From Haliotis rubra (lineage: Eukaryota), in NCBI RefSeq assembly GCF_003918875.1, contig NW_025767662.1, positions 186,001 through 250,000 on the forward strand: a stretch of 64,000 bases of DNA, written 5' to 3'. Of the stretch, positions 37,691 through 50,310 are shown piece by piece. Position 1 is the first letter of the stretch. Each line of letters opens with the position of its first letter. Under the pieces are notes generated by a model. That model did not search any database. It had not been told where the DNA came from and saw only the letters and a list, made by a program, of their open reading frames with translations. The translations under genes and the position numbers were made by a program.

Positions 37691-37802
37691 CTCATGACAA
37701 TAATGGTTGTCACCCCCCTCCCCACCCCAACCCCACCTCACACCCCACACCCCCTCTCCAATTAAAACAATTGAAGGGGGTGACAACCATTATTGGCATG
37801 AG
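37691..37802. mobile_element. 112-bp TA-flanked MITE
   Basis: TIR CTCATGACAATAATGGTTGTCACCCCC / GGGGGTGACAACCATTATTGGCATGAG; second copy at 51900. Confidence 0.88.
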
Positions 37803-38585
37803 TATACTAAAAATTGAACAAACAATATATAATAACAGGTTTCAATAGAATATGTCTTATAAATATCAAAGTAATGTTATCGATATCTTATTTTAAAATA
37901 TATACAATAAACAATATAAATCACTAAAAATGTTAATCTAATGTGTATGTAAGGTTATCATTATAATCAGAATTTATGAAAAGACAAAACCATGATTGAA
38001 AATATAACAACGACATAGCTCCCAGTTCTGGTAAAGTATTTCAAACGCTTTCTTTTCAAGTAAATTAATCCACAGGACGCAGTTTACCTGCTCTGAGATT
38101 GTGAAATCAGTTGTAATCTGTCCCCGCAAACAATGTGCACATTGTATGAAAGCTGAGTGACAGATCTCTTACCGCGACACGGCCATGTGATACTACGATA
38201 AGAGTGGTCAACGACTACCTAGAGACGTCACCTGTTGCGACTTCACTGGGAATTTGTAATAACCAAGTTTAACACAACAGCGCAATGTTCCCAGGCAGTC
38301 GTTTCAATATTATCATGTAATCTAGAGTAGGGAAGTAGTACAAATGTTGCCATGGACATGGGTGAAGTTAGTGTCGATAACTGCAAGTACCTTTTCAAAT
38401 AGTGATAAGTGTTGTAATTATATAAGGAGCTATTACTGTGTAATAGTTTGATCTGTACGAAGATAACATGTTAAGCAAGATTGTTGCATGGTCAGAAGCA
38501 CATTGTCTTTTCTTCAGAACTGTGAGGATATCTGAACTCTCTGGGTAGCAATATTACCGACTATCGTTCAAGGTTTTTTTTAGAA

Positions 38586-38746
38586 TGAGTGAGTTGAGTT
38601 TTACGCTGCTTTTAGCAATATTCCAGCAATATCACGGCGGGTGACACCAGAAATGGTCTCCACACATTCTACCCATGTGTGGAATCGAACCCGGGCCTTC
38701 GGCTTGAGGAGCGAACGCTTTAACCACTAGGCTACCCCACCGACCC
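38586..38746 (-). mobile_element. Family A SINE
   Basis: Full body; imperfect TSD AGGT(n)AGAA on both sides. Confidence 0.92.
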
Positions 38747-41700
38747 AGGTTTTTTAAGAAAGATGATAAGTCTATATCTGTATCAGACTGATGGAGGAAA
38801 AATCACTTTATTACATAAAACAAATCACTGATTGTCAGAAGTAATTCCTTCAGGAATCGGATACAGAGGTCAAGTTCTTTTCATGGATATATTTTTTTGG
38901 CCTTTTGGTACAATTATTTACGAAGGCCCTGACTTAGACTTGCACAAGGTAATAATTAATAGTTTAAATTTTGATTTCTAAAAAACCTATCCGCTTATCT
39001 AGACTTGCCTCTTTAAAGGATACAATTACTATACATCCAGGGACTTAGCCTTCAGTACAGCCTTGGAGCAAGGTTAACCCTGCATGCATGACTCTGTAAA
39101 CAGCGATACCGATGATATTGACAAACACGCATGCAGTGTACAATATATAAGTTATTTACCAAGTACCCGAGAATATATCTTTAAAGATACATTTCAGCGA
39201 AGTACAATGAAACTATCCCATATGTCGTACACTGATAGACAAGAACTAATAGGTTCGAAACAGAATTGTCTAAGCATCCGTGTCGCCCACCTCAAAGAAC
39301 CTCAGCCAAATTAATTACAGGTGAGTTATATTTGATAGAGAGCAGGTGCAGTTCTTGCCAGATGCCCCCATTTATCACGCCTTGCTACACAATTGACGTG
39401 TCCCCTGTATGGGGATGCAGGCTCCAGTCAATCGGGAGTGCGCCCTTTGATATTCCGACCAGTGTTGTGTTTATTGATATGGAAATGTGTCGTTATCCTT
39501 TTATTTCCCTCCTGACAATTATTCTGTATTAATATGTGCAGCCGGCCTGTCGTCTTAAACACATCGCACAAAGAAACAAATGAAAGATTGCTTTTGTTTG
39601 CGAGTAATCCTAAAAACAAATTTGAGCTTGTGTAAAATTATATGGTAAAATGTATCAATTTAATGTCACCCGTGTTTGGGGTGTTTTCCGTTTTTTTTGT
39701 TTGTTAAATATTGTATTAAAATGTTTGTGACAGCATATGTGGGCACATTTAGTTTGTATTATCATCGCCATTACGATACACAAATCCCTCTATTGGAACT
39801 CCAAAAAATATTTTCTTCCTAATCCTGTAGTCTAAGTCATATATAGAACATTATAATATTCACGTATTTTCACAAGCAGGTTTTTTTCGCATTAACTGTC
39901 ATCCCCTCCGCTCTATCGCATCCCATTATCCGTCACCCTCGACCCCTCCAGGAACGACAGATGGCTGGTGTAGACACCGGTGTGAGAACTTGCCCGACGA
40001 CGACGCTGAATGGGGAAGGACGGGGGATTTTCAGCTCCTGCTCCCAAGATTCAACTCCGACACGTCTTCATATCATTTTCCCAGATAATTACTGTAAAAC
40101 TAATTCACAGGGCCATGTCACACTGGTGTGAGTGTGGGGGGAGAGAGAGAGAGGAGAAGGGGTGGGGGGTGTTTATAATCTTCTGGTCATGTCACTCGGA
40201 GGTCAGCTGTGTTTATTTTTAATTTCATTTATATATAATGACTCAGTTAAAAAGTGAAACCAACCAAATCTACAATCTGACTACCGCCGACTATATCCTT
40301 GTATACAGGACGTTCATATACATTATGACGCATGTGGTAGTGCACTGCTGGCTTTAGAGAAAAAAGAGGTGTATAGTAAGAAGAAAAAATCTGGGGTGGG
40401 GGTTTTGGTGTTGTGTTGCGCTGAGACTCTCCGGGGATGCTGATGGAAGGGGGGACATATACTAATTTGTCTCTAAACCCAAGCGTTTCAAGCATCACGC
40501 CTGAGCGATGGCATAAATGACAGCTTTTCGGACAAAGGAAAATAAGTGAATAGAGGGGTATATCCTTTATGACTAAAGATGCAATCTTTGATGCTGGCAG
40601 CCATTATAATAACAATCGACAGGGGATGGTGTCACGCATTCGGTATAGAAAAACAATCCTTCCTTTGTCTCACTCAGCCCTCATTAAAAGGGGATTTCTT
40701 GCATGTCAGCGAAAACACGTCCCCGGTCGACCTTGACCGGTGAACGTCACACAAATAAAGTGAAGAGAGAATTAATTATGATCAGAACATTGACCACTAT
40801 ACAATGTAAAAATTACCAATTTAAAAAACAGTAGTGACTTGCCGAGACATTATGCTTTGGATGTCTTTGTTTGAACAAAGAGTAATTACTCCGGGCGTTG
40901 TCAACAAACATTCTCCTCTCGTTTGGCAGAAGGAACACTGCTATTGCCAAAGACAGTGGTGTACCTGAACAGCAATTGCCAAAAAAAGAGATGTTGTAAA
41001 CACAGGTTTGGCATGTTGTATTGAAGGATTACCCTTCAGGCTCCAGGCACTTCAACTGTTTCCTGTTCCTTCGTCAAATAACAAAAAATCCAAAAATAAT
41101 CTCACGTTTGCTTCAGGGGTAGAAAGGCACTCCGTAATGTATCAATTCAACACATTCATATTTTATTCACATGGCCGTCACACCAGAAGCGTGACGAGTG
41201 AACGCTTTAACCACTAGGCTACAACCCCCCACCCCACCCACACCTAGACAACATTATAGCTGAAAACATGCATGTATTCTACAAAATGTTCTCCTTTTTC
41301 GGTTTAGATAGCGTTAATTTGATTCATTTAAAAAGCGTACATCTTCCTTTGTGTTTGTCAACATTTGGTACAGTTTCCACCAAAATCAAATTCCTAAGTT
41401 CGTTTCAAGATCAGAAAATTAAACATACAAATTCACCCTTTTGAAAAAAGCAAATATTTCACACATGTAACGTCATATTTCGCAGACCTGACACTTATTA
41501 CTGTGTAGATCTGTGTAGCGAGTTCTAGAAGATTAGATCTCGCTGAGTTCGGTGTATTGCATAGCGGTTAACCGGCGAGTGTTGCTTGAAGTACATTCAT
41601 GACGTAAATATAGAAGCACGAAAGTAGGTTACAGATCTATAGCGGCCATATGCTACAACAATTTTGTTGTGACTGTCGAGTAATATCATCGACCCAGCTG

Positions 41701-42029
41701 TAAAATACAGGTGTTTGTGAAAGAAATAGATGAAGACATATATATCATGTAATACAGTGAAATATGTTGTAAGCGTTTTATGCTCTCGAGCGTGTGACCG
41801 ATATTTCACAACGTTTACTATCGCATAACCTTTGACATCTTGACGAAGACTTCTGGCTGTCTCGCGAAGCGTGTCTGTCACTCCGTGGCTCAATAGTAAA
41901 AGGCTGACAATAACAGCACGCCTCAGCAACCTCTCTATAAGGCGTTCGCAGTGCGCATGTCAAACGGGGCAGGGCTACAGATAATCAAAGGACTTGACCG
42001 ACGGGTTGTTGTTATTGTGAAGGACGCAT

Positions 42030-42205
42030 TTATTTACACATCACATCTAATTTTAGATATTCCAAATATGGGAGTCGTGCCCTAGGTCCAACGCCAGCCA
42101 TTGGACGAGGCAGGTCATGTGACACGCACGGTGTTATGACGTAGGCTTGAGTCAGCTGCATCAAATACTCGAGAAAAGACGCCATAGCCGCAGTAGTTGA
42201 GTCAA
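42030..42205 (+). promoter_or_regulatory. Putative proximal promoter of the BTG gene
   Basis: MEF2 CTAATTTTAG 42047-56; CArG CCAAATATGG 42062-71; reverse CCAAT 42100-04; E-box GTCATGTGAC 42114-23; CRE-like TGACGTAG 42137-44; AP-1 TGAGTCA 42148-54 and 42198-204. Confidence 0.7.
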
Positions 42206-42480
42206 AGAGAAAGAGCGAGGTAGGAAATATTTTAGTGCCGGAGAGAGAGAAGTGGCTCCGCAGAGCGTTAAGATCTGGACAGAGGTATTGAAACTTGTGA
42301 AAGGAAACGGACTAGTTAGTTCAGTAGCCTGTGAGACTTTTCCAGCTCAAGAACTTTCACCACGAAGGTTGACCGGCTTTGTTTTCGAGGGAGCGTCAGC
42401 AGCCATTTTGGAGTGAGTGTTTACCTGTCGTTTGGCATTTCACATTTAGACTATACCTGTATGCAACAGGCTTTTGAATT

Positions 42481-43086
42481 ATGAAGAACGAAATTAGAAG
42501 TGCCACGGATTTTCTCTCCAATCTGTTGAGATCTCGAAATGTGCCTGCGGATAGAATTGACTCTTTTCGCACCCATCTGCAAAATCTTCTGTGCAACCAC
42601 TATCAAAATCACTGGTTCCCCGAAAAGCCCTTCAAAGGGAGTGGCTACAGGTGTATCAGAATTAATCACAAGATGGACCCTATTGTAAAACAGGCAGCAG
42701 TGGACTGTGGAATGAACGAGGAAAATGTTCATACCCTCTTTCCAAGCGAACTCACAATGTGGGTTGATCCCAGGGAGGTTTCCTACCGCTTTGGTGAAAA
42801 CGGCAGCATTGGGATGTTGTATGAAAGTGACTTGCCTCATGTTATTAGCCAGAAACACAAGGAAAAGCAGTCTCAGCGTCAGCAGGAGTTAGCTGAAGCT
42901 AAGCAGCAGCAGCAACAACAACAGCAGCAGCAGCAGCAACAACAACAACAACAACACTCCTCTCCAAGTCTACAAGCTGATCTCGAATTCAATACGATTG
43001 GGTATTCGTGTAAAGACCAGCTTATGAATGTCTTGCCCATTAATGTGTCCAGGGACAGTTTGAAGCAACTGGCAGCATATGTTTAA
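42481..43086 (+). CDS. BTG1: BTG/Tob family anti-proliferative protein, BTG1/BTG2-like, 201 aa, single coding exon
   Basis: Box [20 protein letters not shown]; Box [21 protein letters not shown]; Box C-like [10 protein letters not shown]; C-terminal SCKDQL like BTG1/2; no PAM2 motif seen, so not Tob. Symbol denotes the BTG1/2 co-orthologue. Confidence 0.96.
   Translation: MKNEIRSATDFLSNLLRSRNVPADRIDSFRTHLQNLLCNHYQNHWFPEKPFKGSGYRCIRINHKMDPIVKQAAVDCGMNEENVHTLFPSELTMWVDPREVSYRFGENGSIGMLYESDLPHVISQKHKEKQSQRQQELAEAKQQQQQQQQQQQQQQQQQHSSPSLQADLEFNTIGYSCKDQLMNVLPINVSRDSLKQLAAYV
42904..42954 (+). repeat. Coding (CAG/CAA)17 polyglutamine tract
   Basis: CAG3 CAA3 CAG5 CAA6 in frame. Confidence 0.97.
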
Positions 43087-43756
43087 CAGATTCTGTCCCA
43101 TGACTCGGGTCGGCTCACGAATCCTAGCCAAAGATTTCATCGGATCATCTGTAAATATCTCTGGACCACGACCACCATCTCGTACAATGGACTTTGAATT
43201 CAGGAACATAGTTCAGTATTCATTCTATTTTTCAGTGAACTGTTTTGAAAAATGGCCGTAGTGAATTCTGAATGTAGTGCTAGATGAATGTATGTGCTAG
43301 ACTGGCAGTGATAAAATCAAGGTATTTAATCCGTGAATGTGATGCTGGACCAACAGCCAATCTAGTGATGATGGATTTTAACTCAATTATGGAATCCTAT
43401 GTAATTTAATCGTAATTCTACAGTGATTTTTGTTCCTTCATTTTTTTCTTGAGTATGAATTCCCAAGATCTGAGTGAGTGGGTCGAAAATGTATGTATGG
43501 TAAGGTCAGGATGATTGAGTCTCTATGTATAGTTGTGATTGAGAAAGTTCCTGTTCGAAGAACGGGTTATTGTCTTTCATTGTTTTATTCCAACTCGCAT
43601 CCTGATCTCCAAAACATGCCCGACCAAAGTATGTGGATGTAAATTTGTTGTAAAGCAATCATCTGTACATGTACTCATACATTGTACAAAACATGTCTGT
43701 ACTATGTGCAGATGTATCGTTTTTCATAAAATGAGAAAAAACAAAGAAGCAAGTGG

Positions 43757-43762
43757 AATAAA
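43757..43762 (+). terminator. Candidate polyadenylation signal AATAAA of the BTG gene
   Basis: First AATAAA I found after the stop; several upstream TGTA motifs; T-rich downstream. Confidence 0.55.
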
Positions 43763-45752
43763 TCTCAACTATTTATGATGCATATTTGAGGATTTATGTT
43801 CTTAATCAGATGGAATAACATTCCCTTTAGACCATGAGTGTAGAACTATTAATGTCTACACCCATGGTCCTGTTGGATATTTACCTGGAGTAATTGGTAA
43901 ATTTAAGACAATTTACCCAACATGGAGTTTACCCAACAACGGCGCGATACGGATAATAGGCATAACATGCCGGGAGTACAGACTTCTTGTATTTATCAAA
44001 TGGATGGTCTATCAGATACATTGGAACTATGTACACATTTTAATTTACAACACAGTATGTGACACAGTCTCGACTAGATCATCCATTTGATGTGTTTCTT
44101 TCATTTCACGACTCAAACTGCTGTGCTACTTTAACATGGAGGGGGGTGGGGGGGGAGAAAACAAATTCTTTTATGAAATTTGTTTTAATGAATCCTTAGA
44201 GCTTATGGCGGCATCAGTAACACAAACACTTGTGACCTAGAACTTTTACCTCGCCCGATATAGCACCGCAGGTTTGTTTCGCGAAATGTTATTTTGAAAC
44301 GTTAGCGGGAACAGCTGTTGGGCGACTTGCGCCAAAACAGCAACAAAAGCAATTTAGTGTTCCCAGCTCTCCCCGCTCAGGATAAGCAGGTGCTGTTTTC
44401 GCAGTACGAGCTGATATGCGCGGAGTACAACAGTAGTTCTGTATTTGGTCATCACCTGACTGACTCGACACTGGCAATACTCCTGCGTAGTATGAAAGAA
44501 GATGTTTAGTGCATATGGAAAGTATTTGTAGTTGTAGTCATTTGCTTGATAATGGAAAGGACAACAGCATAGACTATGGAATGTTAGCCATATTGCTGAG
44601 AGAAAGCCGATGGACGTGAAGGAATATCGCTGAACTGAAATGTTATTAGAGTTGTGGTGTATCCCTTATTATCATAAGTTCAGATGATTTCGGACCTAAC
44701 CAAGATGTTGAAAGATAAACCCTCTAAAATTTCATTGGTCATGTCTTACACATAGCCAAGAATTTGGAATGGCATGACACAAATTTCTGAATATATCACC
44801 AGCTTTATCGGCAATCTCTCATATCCAATGGGTTAAATGCATTTGAAACAAACACTTATCTTGAAAAGAAAACATCTCGAAGTTGTATGTACATCTGGCA
44901 AACTGTTACTAGGTATTCATTTGCGACTGCAGTAGACAATATCTGACATCTGTCAAGTGTCAAAGCTGAAAACTTTAAGAGGTCTCCATTTGACAAATAG
45001 TGCTAATTAATCAACAGTGAGTTATTTGCACAATAAGGAGGCTAATTAAGAGAACAACGGTGTAATTATTTCAAACCCCAAAGAGGAGCGTTATCTATTC
45101 AAGAAAAAAATCTTTAAATGATGTGCACAATTCAGATTTGATGCTGAGTGTGGTGCGTTCAGTACAGATTTCTAAACAAAGGCGCACTTTTTTTAACATT
45201 ACGATGTAAACAAATGCTTGGAATACGGTACATCAGCCCAGCAGCAGATAATTTAGTGTTTGAAACACGTAACTGCTGCAGAAACGATTTTCCATCACAA
45301 ACCAAAATCACAAATCTAAAAGAAAAACTTTCTCTTGAAAACATCAACATGTCGACATAAAACAAACGGGATTTTGACGTACATTTTCAGACTAACTGGA
45401 ACCCTGTCATTTTCCTCAGTAGCTAATCTCGTTCCTTAACTCTGAAAATAACTCCTTGTGGGAGGTAGATTGAGGAGACGCAAGTTGTTTACGATCCATG
45501 TCTCTCAAGGATTCGCAACGTCCGAAATGGAAATTGCCCCAGACCTAATTCGTCATTGGATCCATTTGTGGACGAGATTGACGCCCACGTAAGTCATGAA
45601 TCAGTGAATAGTTTGGCGTGGGACTATTGATTTCTGGGTAGAATGGAACCCGTTGATGTGAGTATGGACATGGTAGACCTTGTTCATCTATGCCGGTAAC
45701 TGCATATTGATGGGCATTTTCAGTACCGGACACCATGCAGAAGACATGTATA

Positions 45753-46138
45753 CAGTGTGCGAAATATCGACTGGCCCGTTAGCCCGTGGCTAGTAAAAAT
45801 CCAGTCGGACCAGTAATTCTCCACAGTCACTGGCCCGACTGGCTAGTGCATTTTCATGGGGTCATTTTGTAAATATGTCACTATTTCCGACTTGTTATAG
45901 TTTTAATACAATTTTAAATCATGCAAGATTATGGCCTGATAAAAATGCTCATTATATTAGCAGCTTAATGATGAAACCCGTGTCATGCCGACAATATCTT
46001 ATTCTCATCTATTTTTTAAATCTTTTGCTTAGTTTCTACATTCAAATTTCGGGCTATTGAAATATTTTATGGGCTAGTAACTTACACGCATAGCTTGCCC
46101 GACTGGCAAGGACAAATTGGAAACTATTTCGCACACTG
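45753..46138. mobile_element. hAT-type MITE
   Basis: Perfect 14-bp TIR CAGTGTGCGAAATA; perfect 8-bp TSD CATGTATA. Confidence 0.95.
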
Positions 46139-48249
46139 CATGTATAGTGAATTCAGCCACTGCCTGTATGGCTGTGTTCGATAATTGTGTAAATGGCTTT
46201 CGTTTATCAAAATTAGAGGCAATATATTTCGCTAAGCAAAAGTAAAATTTGGGATTGGTTAGAATTTAAAGCGAAACCATTTCCGATCTAATAAAAACAT
46301 TATACTAAAATAACAGCACGTTGTACGATTCCGACAAGAGTATGTGCTTAAGATTCACTTTCAAAGAAGCTTTTGACATATATGTACACTTATCGATATC
46401 TGTATTTGATATAAGGTATTTACAATTGTAAACGGGCACTTAAGCTCAAGACTCTAAGGCAATAGTTATAATTTAAATGATAATTTCCAACTTATAAAAT
46501 TAAAAGTAACAAGATGTCACGATAGAAGTCACTGTTCCAGACAGAATTACTATACATCGAAGGGCTTAGCATTCTATACAACAAAGCTAATATGCACTCT
46601 TTCTGCTCTGGTGTGTCACCGAAGTTGGAACTTTGTTGTTTGGTATTACGATATACTTTGTAAAGAGATTTAGACCATATACATAGGGAGATGAATGAAG
46701 TCAATGTAGCACATTCTTAAACTTACATTGTTTGACTCGACTAGAGTCTATCTGTACTACAATAATGTGATGAAAAAGTGTATTAATAATTTTTGTTCAA
46801 GAAGTTTGTTTGAAAAGCAAATAGCATTTATAGCCGAGATAAGTATTTGAATTATCATCCAGAAATAGCTTCCACGGGAGATATCGCTTGTGTGAGGGCT
46901 TATCTCCAGTAGATATGGTTACAGCGAAATTGCATCACAATGCTTTCAGGCCATTGTGACATCATCGGTCACCACGCTATATATAGACGCTCATGTGCGA
47001 TTCTCTATACATACTGTCCCCAACAGAAATGAAAACACGATTCTTTCCCAATGGCAAGTTAATTTGTCTAGGCTAGTGCGTATTGCAACAAGCAACGTAT
47101 TACTTGTGGGTTTTCTTCAACCTGTTTAGATATATAATTTAACTTCGTGTTTATCATGATATTTGATTCGTATTTACAAATTCGATGGAATCGTGTGTTT
47201 TTTAACAGATTCACAACTATGCCCAGAACATCGCCAACTTCGCCTATATTACACACGATTACAGGCGGTGTTTTACATGACACTCATACTTATACTCTCC
47301 CCAAGGAGCTGAGAATGATATTTTTTAAACCTTCCTGAAATTGACTTGCGTTCACATTTATAATATTAAAAGGCATTGTATCTCACAGTCATATACATGA
47401 CCCATGAACCCTTCTATACTGGATCGGGAACTTTCGCCAATCACAAGTCGTTGGTCACTCGTGGCATCATTTATCATCACGATGTTCCTGTGACCCAGCG
47501 CGTGACCCAAGCACGTAATTAGAGTGGCGTGACATAGCGGACTGCCGTCACAGCAGGGGTCGGGATACGAACTGTGCCCCTGTTACACTTATCAGGATTA
47601 CTTGCTGGGCCTGTAAGCGCCCAGTGACTGTGTCCGTCATGATTTCAAGCATGCAGGTCATGAAAACCGTGTTTTATTTATTTTATTTCAGACTGTTATC
47701 AATTAAAAATACATGTTCCTTTTTAAGTTAGATGTGCTTTAAGTAAGTCTCTGAATACTTCTTTTATTTTGGAAATTCTTTTAATATCTAACAGGGAATC
47801 ACCAAAATAATATCTCTATTAACAGATGAAGAGGTGTAGACTTGCAAAAGAATTGTAGACCTGTTTTGGAGTTTTGGGGATTAGCTTGTGTCAGGGTCTG
47901 TATGAGAGAATACTTGAAAGTTATCAGTCAACAAAACGTTTGATGTTGCAACTCATATTTGCTATTATCAACGTATGTCCTTAAATAATTTAAAACATAG
48001 AAAATCAGAACATTCCCTATATCAAACAAAGGTCTGTGTGTAAAAGGTTTCAGCTGAAGAGTATTTATAATGATCAAGAATTATAGTCACCTCCGATTGA
48101 TGAGAAAACGTATTTGGCCTCAGTTAAACGTGTTGTTTTTTTGGCTCAACGTCGAAGTTACACATATTCGAGTCTGGATAACTGAAACGAGTGGCTGATA
48201 TCACGAACAGGTTACTACACATCAGTCAAGTACAAGTCCACAATTCAAC

Positions 48250-48413
48250 ACCCGTATAGATCCGGGTTAGACTTGGTCTTCAGTAACCCATACTTGTCGT
48301 AAGAGGTGATTAACAGGGTTGGGTGGCCAGGCTCGCTGACCTGGTTGACACATGTCATCGTATCCAATGGCAGTTGCGTAGATCAATGTTCATGCTGTTG
48401 ATCACTGGATTGT
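48250..48413 (+). mobile_element. Family B retroposon, 3'-truncated
   Basis: ACCCGTATAGATCCGGGTTAG...CTTGTCGTAAGAGG. Confidence 0.85.
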
Positions 48414-48879
48414 GGGGCATTGGGAGACATGCTGTATCCGGAACCATGAAGCAAACATGTTGTTGGAACACATAAATACTACACTAACGGAGCGCTTGTT
48501 AACCTCGACTTATAACATCTGTGGGCCGTGCGGCTGGTATTCACGTTATTAACCCACACTATTCAACACAAGTTAAGGAACACCCGATTCATATTCACTT
48601 CAGATACACTATACTAGGTTTATAACGAACTGTCAGATATAACGAACTGTTTTGAGGATATTTTTATCCTGGACTTTTGCTGTATTTTTAATCTAAATTC
48701 GTAAAATTAACTACGGTTATTACGATCTAAAATTAGTGGTCCTTTTGGGTTCGTTATACGTATAGTTTATCGCTGGTTAATTAACCTGCAATGCCATGAT
48801 AGATTAATTGTACTATTGTAAACTAATCGGGTAATCCAAAACCTCTTTTGAGTAGTATATGAGCGTGCCATTCGTGAGA

Positions 48880-49066
48880 GTGAGTGAGTGAGTTTAGGTT
48901 TACGCCTCACTCAGTGATCAACAGCATGAGCATCGATCTGCGCAATTGAGAACCGACGACATGTGTCAACCAAGTCAGCGAGCCTGACCACCCGATCCCG
49001 TCTGTCGCCTCTTACGACAAGCATGGGTTACTGAAGGCCAATATTCTAACCCAGACCTTCACGGAT
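48880..49066 (-). mobile_element. Family B retroposon with internal deletion
   Basis: TSD CCATTCGTGAGA / CCGTTCGTAAGA (10/12). Confidence 0.9.
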
Positions 49067-50075
49067 CCGTTCGTAAGAATGATACAAATAAAACTGTGGC
49101 GTGAACCTGGATATATATTTCTTCGACGTAGTATTGCTCCCTTGTCGTACTGACATCAATACACTCCCTTTGACAGCCAGGAGCAGTTATTTGCACGTAT
49201 GGATTATTGGGTAATATTCTGTCTCGCTACTGTAGTTCGTCTCAAACCACAATACGAAATGTACTATCACCATCTGAATGCATTTATGCAGTTATGAACT
49301 GCTGTGTGGCATTGACCGTGAATATATTGCTTCGTGAACAGCACAAGATGACACAATGAGATATTGTATCAACATATTACCAATCTCAAGTCATAGTTAA
49401 AGCACATATACGCACGCAAGTAGGCACGTACGCACAGTCACTGTATGTGACGTGGCAAACCTTGTCATGTGTGTACGTTTCCTTATGTATTCCGATAAGT
49501 GTGTATACATTGCTATTTTAGTATACCTACTGACCGTTTATTGTAACCATAAACCAACGCAAGTAATAATAGCAGTCGGGGTCCTACCTACCGGTGCACC
49601 TAAGCATATATTATACAGTTTTAACACCCCCTTCTATCCGAAAAAAACACCCCAGATTGCTCTATGTCAACCACGACGTCGTTAAACGAAGAGAAAAAAC
49701 CTTTTCCATCATATCAGCTAATTGGAGAAGTGTCTTTGTACCTTAAGACAGCTTTGTTGACACACACCCTTGTGAAATGGATTATTTTTGTGCATATTTT
49801 TCCTGACCTTCGGATGACGTTGGTAGCTTTATCAGCACAGACGTGGACGTACAGCACGTTCTCCGCCTAACTGTGACAACAGTGACGTCAAACATGGGCA
49901 GACATTTTCATAACAGTCAAAGTTTATTACAAGGGCACTGTTTAGGAGAAAATAACCAAAATATATTTAAAAAATCACGAGGAGGATGTAGTAAAAATGA
50001 GATCAAATAGTCAGCAACCTTTGTTTGAATCATGCGTACAGGCCAACAATTTAACAGCATCGTCGGTTTCTGCGC

Positions 50076-50076
50076 T

Positions 50077-50112
<36 letters not shown>

Positions 50113-50310
50113 TTAGTAGTGATAATCCATTGTCTCGGCTAAATCTGTCTCACATCAGATTATCATCAGGCCATTCATCCGCCTATGCTGACTTGGTTGA
50201 CACTTGTCGATGCTCATACTGTTGATCACTGGATTGACTGGTCCAGATTCGAGTATCTACAGACCGCCGCCATAGAGCTGGAATACTGCTGTGTGCGGCG
50301 ATAAACAACA
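50076..50310 (+). repeat. (ATC)12 microsatellite followed by a family B 3' fragment (~50185-50310)
   Basis: Direct read; GCTGACTTGGTTGACAC...GCTGGAATACTGCTGTGTGCGGCG. Confidence 0.85.

Noticed and set aside
42451-42858. 135-aa antisense ORF over BTG
   Set aside because: Shadow of the sense CDS; no independent support.
48497-48765. TATAACGAA/TTCGTTATA motifs suggesting a pogo/Tigger-like MITE
   Set aside because: Termini and TSD too decayed to delimit.
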